From assembly GCF_009914755.1 (NCBI RefSeq), contig NC_060944.1: DNA of 64,000 bases; one strand, given 5' to 3'. The position numbers and the translations under genes are program-made. The stretch comes from the human T2T-CHM13v2.0 reference genome, Homo sapiens. Below are positions 55,180 through 64,000 of the stretch, piece after piece. Each line of letters starts with the position of its first letter. Position 1 is the stretch's first letter. The notes under the pieces are model-generated. The model did no database searches and was not told the origin of the DNA. It saw only the letters and a list, made by a program, of their open reading frames with translations.

Positions 55180-55891
55180 AGAGCAACAGACAAATCCCAG
55201 GCCCTCGTCGGGGAAGAAAGGGATCATGAAATAAACAGAAAAATAAATGCGAAATGCGGCCAGCGATGAAAGCTCAGAAGGCGAGCTTACCCCGGACCCA
55301 AACGCGCAATACTAACCGGGAGTGTAAGGAGGCCACGCCCTCCTCGCGTATTTGTGCCCAAATGAGCTGCCTCCCCAGCGTGCACCAAATTCCTGAGCCA
55401 CCTGCTCCGAGCTCGATTTCCCTTTCAAGCTGTGTGTTCTGCGGGGGCAGGGAGAGCTGCAAGGGCTCATCTTTCAGGACGTGCTGCAAAGGCCCTTTGA
55501 AGTCATCCGCCCTGCTCTTGGCACCTTGCGCCTGGAGCTGAGCTCTTCCAAAAATGACCCCTGCGCATTCCGTGGTGCGGCCGCCCAGCCCAGGCAGTCG
55601 CGGTCCAGAGCAGGGGAAGCTGCAGCGCGGCCGACAGCTGGGAGAGCCGAGGCCCTGAGGGAGGACCCTGCCTCAAGCCAAGCAACCAGGCCCTGCGGCC
55701 CTCTCCCCACCCCTGTGCGGCCCTGGCGCAGGGAACCGGGACGGGGCTTTCAGGCCTTGAAGGGCAGACTTACTCCACCAAACATTCCCATCGTCGGCTG
55801 ATGGAGGGCCTCGAGCTGGGCGCTGTGGGTACGTTATCCTATTTACTTCTCTCGGTAGCCCTGCACCATCGCCTCTGGTTCCCAGGTAAGC
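55180..55891 (+). promoter_or_regulatory. Second CpG-rich, promoter-like island with a strong 5' splice donor; possibly the first exon of a lncRNA (I recall PDYN-AS1 lying here)
   Basis: Local CpG enrichment in otherwise CpG-poor DNA; CAG|GTAAGC at 55885/55886. The gene identity is from memory only. Confidence 0.5.
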
Positions 55892-56594
55892 ACAGAGAAG
55901 CAGATGACTTGCCCAAGATCACACAGTACTGCAGGAATAGAATTGGCGTCTGGACCTCTCCCCTAATACCCCACGGCCTCCAGAATCTCACCTCAGCCCC
56001 TGTCCATCCCGAAATAAACACTCTACACCATTTAGTGAATGTTCTTTCAGAGGTCAGACCCTATACATTCATTTCCTGGCTCCCCCATTTCCTGACTGCG
56101 TGACCTTAAGCAAGTTTCTTAACCTCTCTGTGTCAGCGTCCTCCTCTGTAGAATGGTGCCAAAAACTGTACCTATCCCAGAAGGTTACTGTGAGGACCAA
56201 ATGAGACAAGACAATAAATGTAAAAGTGGTTAAAACTGTGCCCAGATGATAGTGAGCCCTCAAAAACTAGTCACTCTTCTAATTCCATAGACTTGATTAA
56301 TTTCTGGTTTTTCATAAGTGGATTTACATGTATACATTTAAGGCACCTTTCCAAGTAAGACATACAGGTCTACCTCATTCTTTCAAGCAGCTTCATAACA
56401 TTCTTGTATTCATTCATTCATTCATTCATTCACCAAACATGTGTAGAGCGGGCAGCTCCTGTACACCAGGCAAGGGCATACAACACACTCAGTCCTTGCT
56501 CTGAGTTCTCATGGGAGGGATAATTGACAAATGCATGAATAAATAGTTGAGAGCATTTCACCTTATACTGAGTGCTATGAAGAAAATAAGATGG

Positions 56595-56980
<386 letters not shown>

Positions 56981-58492
56981 TTACAGACAGTGCGTGAAGT
57001 CCCCAGGGATATGGCATTTTACTGCCACCGGAAGGAAGAGAAGGAAGGAGAATGGAGCAGTCCAGGCAGAGGAAGCAGCCAGGGCAAAGGCTGGGAGGCT
57101 GCACTAAGCTCAAGTGTGATTCAACTGGAGGTAAAGAATGAGCATTTTTGAAACCAGGTTGGAGAGTCAGGCCAGGGCCCAATGAGACAGCGCCTGTGGA
57201 TTTTAGCCTGAGAGACATGTGAAGTCCCTGAACCCGGGGGTCCTGCAGCTGTGTAGGAACAGATTGGAGAGGCACCAATGGAGGAACCAGGAAGTTTGTC
57301 AGGCTACAGGATTCAGAGGCACGGGCAAGAGGCGATGGTGGCAGGGACTAGGGATGCAGCCTCCAGCCTGGAACATGCCTCAGTGGCAGAGCCCACGGGA
57401 CCAGCTGATGGGGAAGACAGAGTTGAAGGAAAAAAAGAAACAAGTTGCCACTGACAGATGTCAACATAATAATTTAATTAATGAATTCCCTATTGATGGA
57501 GAGCTGGACTGTTTCTATTTTTTCCCTACTTGCAAACAATTTTGTCTTAAACATTATTGCATAGATAGCCCCAGATATGAGATGCTTGGATCAAAGGGGT
57601 GAACTTTTTTTTTTTTAATCATATCCAGATGGCCACATTGCCTCCATTCCACTTGTGTCCAACATGCAGGAGTTCCAGTTTCTACCCTGGAACTTTCTCC
57701 TCCTGCTGTGCTCCTGGGAACACTCTGCCCAACCCCTCCACCTCTGGCACAGACCCGGTCTCCAATGCATTTGTATTTCTTGCTGCAATCTGGAATTATA
57801 AGTTGTTAAGAAGAAAACCTCAGAACCAGGCTAAGTGGCTAAAAAGACTGCCCAGGGGCCTCTTTTTCCAGCAGGAGGCAGAGAGAGGCTTCCAACACCC
57901 TGAAGAGGGCCAGTTTACCCCTATTCTTCCAAATACAAGGAATTGACTTTTATTTTTTTTTCCCTCTTCAGGCCTGAAAACAAGCCAGAGCATTGAATGG
58001 CCATGAAAACAAGCAGTGAAAACAGGCCCTGAGGTTACAGGAAACCCTTCTCCCCACCACTCTCTGAGCAGCGGGAAGGAAGGGAGCCACTGTCCTCTGG
58101 GTCCTCTGCCCTTCAGCCCTCCTGGAGGCCCACTGGCCTTCCCCATCTCACATGTGATCAATGCCCCCTGGTTGTGGCCACCACCTGCTGCCTGACCCCC
58201 ATTCCATGCCAGCTTTTGCTACTAGAGTTTCCTTTTCATAAGTGGCCTTTTTAAAGGAAGTATTTTCTTTTAATCAGCAGTCACTGCATCTGTAACAGTG
58301 CTGAAGCAGAATTTTGCTATTTTCCCATTACTTAGCGCTTCTCTGTTCCATTTATTTGGGGGAAGAATCGCTAAGATTTCAGAGATTCGTAACTCTCTTG
58401 TACACGGTATCTGATCTTCACTTTGGCATTTGGAGATGCTTTTGAAGGTGGTTTATGTTATCTTTCCAAGACTTACCTGGTGAGTTACTTAA

Positions 58493-58883
<391 letters not shown>

Positions 58884-59454
58884 TAAATGGATAGCAACTC
58901 TTTGACACTGCTAGTAACTATTATTAATTGACTGCTTAGGAAATGTCAGCTGCCAGGCTGGGCTCATTCCCATTGGATCTTCTCCGCAGCTCTCTAAGGG
59001 AGGTGTGAGTTTTTGTATACATTTAATGTGTGAGGACACCAAGGTATGGAGAAGTTGACTACTATCAGTAACTTACCCAAAGTTACAGACCAGGGCAGAA
59101 CTGAGGTGCAGATTCCATACTCCCCAGGGCCCTTCCTTTGTAACCATGGTTACAAAGCCTCTCAGAGGGAAGGCGGCGGATTCTCCTGCAGGTCACTGTG
59201 GCAGTGACATGGGCAGGGGTGGCGGACAGACACATGTTCCCGTTTGTTCTTACTCTTGTCCGTGGCACCTCTTCCTTCCGACTGCTGGTCCAGCCGATCC
59301 ATGGGCCTTGCAAGTCCACACTAGAGGCAGAATCCCTTGTTCTAGATGACTCCTAAAGGCTCAGCATCTCTAATTCTCTGATGGGATGCTGACTAAGGCA
59401 CAGGGGTTTCAATTCTATTTGGGAAGTGACCTGTTCCCCTCCATCTAGACTAGA

Positions 59455-59625
59455 CAGATTTAACAAATAAAAATAGAGGACCCCCAATCACATTTGAATT
59501 TCATAAAAATAATGAATACTTTTAGTATATATCATGCAATATTTGAGATATAAAAATCACTTGCTGTTTGTCCAAAGTTCAACTGTAACTGGGCATAGAT
59601 ATCCTGTATTTTCTCTGTCAACCCT
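59455..59625. mobile_element. MER53-like palindromic hAT MITE
   Basis: cagatttaacaaataaaaatagagga...atttgaatttca...tgcaatatttg...aactgggc...tcctgtatttt.tctgtcaaccct resembles the MER53 consensus as I recall it; the ends are inverted repeats. Confidence 0.7.
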
Positions 59626-61250
59626 CTCTCCGTCCCCCAGTAGATGCCCTTCTAGAGAGACCTGCCAGACTGAGCCGCTTCCGTCAGCCAGACATGAGGA
59701 TAAGAGCGTTTAGGTAAGTGCTTGGTCAGCATGGAAGAGCCTTGGGGAACTGAGTGGGGTGGGACAGGCTGAGGAGCCTTACGGGGCCTTGGTTTCCCTG
59801 TCTTGGCTACAGTGTGGAGCTCGGACATCCCCAAGGAGCCCACCGTCCACACATTGACGGTCGCTGCTTTTAACATAAAGTCCAGCTCCCCTAGTGAGGC
59901 ACTGAAAGGCCCTGTCTGCCACCCCACCTCGCCTCCTGCCCAGCTCACACAGCCACCTGGAAGGACTTAAGAGTCCCTCCCAAAACAATCTCTTCTCACC
60001 TGTACCTTCACTCTTCTTGCCTGCCTTCCTTGTGTGCTGTTTAAACTCCTATTCACCCTTTATGCCTTTAATGCCACCTCCTCCCAGAAGCCTTCTTGAC
60101 CACTGCAGGAAGAGAGGCAGTTGCATTCACTTCCCTGTCACTTTGGGCCTCTTTGACAGTTCGATTACAATAAAATTACAGCTTATGCAAGTTTAACGTG
60201 TGCTTCAGACAAAAGAAAAAAGAAAAAATACAGAAAGAAAGACAAGAAGAGAGAAAGAAATTAAGTAAGGACCATGTGGCTCAATGGGCACACACCCTAA
60301 GTGGTTATGAGATAGAGGCAGAATCTGCTCTCTGAGGCTCAGTCCCCATAGGCCCCTCATCCTACAGCTACCTAAGGACAAGTCTTTAAAGATAAGCTGG
60401 AAAAAAACCCAAAAAACTGGCAGTATAGTGGGAAAGAATGAGGGACTTGGCAGACCAGACTACTCCAAATTCAGACTCCAGCTCCGCCACTTCCTGGCTG
60501 TACAACCCCGAGCAAGTTGCTAACTCCTCTGTGCCTGGGACTCCTCACCTGTAAAGTGGGCATAAGAAAAGTACCAACCTCATAAGGTTGTTGAGAGGAT
60601 AAAATGAGCTTAACACCTGTGAAGTCCTCACAGTAGCTCCTAATCCACACTGGCACTAGATTATATTATGGTCCAGTATTACCCCAGCCAGTACCCTCTG
60701 TGGAAGGAAGAGGAACCTGCTCCTGGGCTGCAGGGAACCCCAACTGTGCTGGACTCACTAGGAGACTGAATATCAGTCCCCAACCTAGTGTCTCTGAGGA
60801 TTTGCCAGGGGTACTTTTCATGACACTTGATTTTTGCTTTCCAAGCTGACTCGACTGGGTAGCACCCTCAGAGAAATCTAACCGTCAGATAGACAGTCCT
60901 GGGTGAAAATTCCCACCCACCATTTCTATAATAGTTGTGTGACCTTAAGCGAGTCACATTTTGTGTTAGCTCTGCTCGCTTCACCTGTCAAATGGAGACG
61001 ATGATACCTACCCCCAGGGCATGAGGAGTTAACACCTGTGCTGATGCCTGCTACCTGGTAGACACCTGATACCAAGGCCGCTGTGATTAATTTACTCTTT
61101 CCACAGCAGCTGTTGTTACACTGTTTCATTTTCAGTTTACATGCTCTTCACCCCACAGCCTGGGAGCCCTCAAAGATGGGGACTCGTTCCAAGTCAGCTC
61201 AGGCTCCCATGGTCAAGTCTACACCAAAAACCAGGGAGGCACTCAAATAT

Positions 61251-61451
61251 GAGAGGGGGATGGAGGGAGGGAGGGAGGAAGGAAAGGAAGGAAGGAAGGA
61301 AGGAAGGAAAAGAAGAAGGAAGGGAGGGAGGGAGAGAGAGAAGGAGGAAGGAATAAGAGGGGAAGGAAGGAAGGGAGGGAGGGAGGAAGGAAGGAAAAGA
61401 GAGAGGGAGGGAAGGAGGAAGGAAGGAAGAGAGGGAGGGAGGAAGGAAGGA
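61251..61451. repeat. Polypurine (GGAA/GGGA)n tract
   Basis: About 200 nt that is almost entirely A/G. Confidence 0.95.
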
Positions 61452-62106
61452 ATAAGCAATTAAATTCTTCATTCTCAGGCTCCGGGCTTATCTGACTGGT
61501 CAGAGGAATGGATCAGTAGCCCCCATTCATTCTCCTCTTTCTGGAGTCACAACTTAGGTTTGTAGCTGTCTAATTTATTATTATATGGTGCAGTGCAGGG
61601 TAATTATACACTGTGGTATAATTTGTTATAACTTGGGCTGAGGCCTATAACTGTATAATTTATTATTATACAGTACAGTGTTGAATAATACGAAGAGTAT
61701 ATAATTTATTTCAGGCTTACGAGCCTAACCTGTAATCCAAATGCAGCATGCAGCCTATGCAGATGAGTTAATGTTTCTACGGAAACCTCAACTTAGATAT
61801 TTCTTCATCTCTAGTTCCTTTCTTTGGGCTTCTCAGAACACCTGTGTTACCAAGTTCCTGGTACTTTTTGTTTGGTGCAAGACTGACATGTTGGGTAGCC
61901 CTGGCCCAGGCTGAACCGGTCTTGCATATTGGGTCATGGGAAAGAAGGGTCCAGAGCTGTCACCCTGCCCAGTGACAGTTGTCATCACAGGGAGGCCGCA
62001 GCTTGCCAAAGGTATTACTGGCAGCAGATGCAGAACCATGACCAGAACCCCCATTTCTGGGTCCCCAGGAATGAGGAGGCTTGCCGCACCTCCATCTATT
62101 TATTAG

Positions 62107-62682
<576 letters not shown>

Positions 62683-62773
62683 GTTGCTGTATGATTTAGG
62701 GGAACCATTTTCTTCTCTACTTCCCTTCTACCCAAAATATATACCATCTCACTGAGTATTGAAGCGGAGTTCC

Positions 62774-63074
<301 letters not shown>

Positions 63075-63309
63075 CCTTCTTCTTTTTTTTTTTTTTTTTA
63101 AAGAACATGTATTTTTTTCTTTTACTTTGGATGCAGAAGTTCATTATGTACCTTTTGGAATTATAAAACAAAAAAATATATATAAAAAAATCACCCAGAA
63201 CCCCACCATTCAGAAGTGACACTGTTAATATTTTAATGACCAATCCATCAGACTTTTTTATACATACATATACTTTCTTTTTACAAAATTTCGAGAAAAG
63301 ATGCAATAG

Positions 63310-63899
63310 TGTTGTATTCAGGCTCAGAAAATAATACCCCAGAATCTGGCGCTTTGACGTGCTGAACTGAAGAAGCGGTTTCAAGGTCTCTTTCTGACCT
63401 TGCCCTGCCTCCCTGTCTCTCTGATCCTCTTACTTTCCCAAAGCACCAGGAGGGGCTGTCGCTGGAATTTTCTTATCTGCCTAAGAAAGCTTCTTTCCAA
63501 GAGAAATGCAATTTCTTAAAACTCCCCGTCCCTAGGAATCTCATCAAATAACCAGGAAAGATTAACCACTGGAAAAGAGACTAGATGTAGTCACCGTGCT
63601 CAGACAGACTTTCATTTGTTTTTCTGAGAGCAGCTCCTAGAGATCACCTGGGACGCTTCATCTGCATAGTAAGACAATCTTTGTTTACAGTGAAGGTCTG
63701 CCCCTTACCTTCCCGCCACCTCCCCCAGAGCTCAGAAGAATTTTGTCTCAGGCAGTTGTTCTTTAGGATCATTCATTTCCCCTAAAAAGTCACTTACTCC
63801 TATACCTCCCATTTCCCCTTCCCTGATGAAGAAGGGCATATAAGGGTTATTGGGTAATCATTCTCCTATAATTCCCCTGTGTTACTCACATTAAATAAT
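63310..63899 (+). mobile_element. ERV1-type solo LTR (MER39/MER34-like)
   Basis: ggctcagaaaataataccccagaatctggcgctttgacgtgctgaactgaagaag...caaggtctct..ctgacct resembles the MER39-group LTR 5' end from memory; a TATA-like catataag and attaaa follow. Confidence 0.5.
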
Positions 63900-64000
63900 T
63901 TATTTTATTATTATTATTATTTTTTGAGAGGCAAGATGTTCTTCTGTTGCCTGGGCTGGAGTGCAGTGGCACAATCATAGCTCAACTGCAGCCTCAAACT
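63900..64000 (-). mobile_element. Alu fragment truncated by the window end
   Basis: (tta)n tail followed by ggctggagtgcagtggcacaatcatagctca. Confidence 0.85.

Noticed and set aside
57868-57881. CTCF-like CCAGCAGGAGGCAG (and a weaker match near 59637)
   Set aside because: Mismatches at core positions; cannot be supported without a PWM scan or ChIP data.

Overview
Mammalian genomic DNA that I recognise as the human SIRPA locus (signal-regulatory protein alpha, CD172a/SHPS-1) on the + strand. A CpG-island promoter (~2050-3810) precedes eight coding exons with GT-AG boundaries read from the sequence: 3639-3717, 23280-23633, 29572-29889, 30490-30822, 32941-33054, 36052-36076, 42892-42931 and 45497-45745. 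They total 1512 nt (503 aa + stop) and encode a signal peptide, IgV, two IgC1 domains, a TM helix and a four-tyrosine ITIM/ITSM tail. A ~2.3 kb 3' UTR ends at AATAAA 48047. The IgV exon is 354 nt and matches the polymorphic SIRPA variant 2 (V2) rather than the V1 form I recall for the reference. The rest is intronic/intergenic DNA with 13 Alu copies or fragments, MER5/MER53 DNA-transposon relics, L1/L2/MIR fragments, an ERV1-type LTR, two minisatellites and a second CpG-rich, promoter-like island at ~55.2-55.9 kb. I found no convincing new biological system, and almost all of the supplied ORFs are noise from GC-rich, Alu or low-complexity sequence. The best leads are isoform logic built into the exon phases (ITIM-less, NMD-escaping decoy receptors; soluble or Ig-less forms; a stop-free circular exon 2), a 37-bp VNTR with CCAAT/C/EBP-like junctions, and myeloid enhancer motifs.
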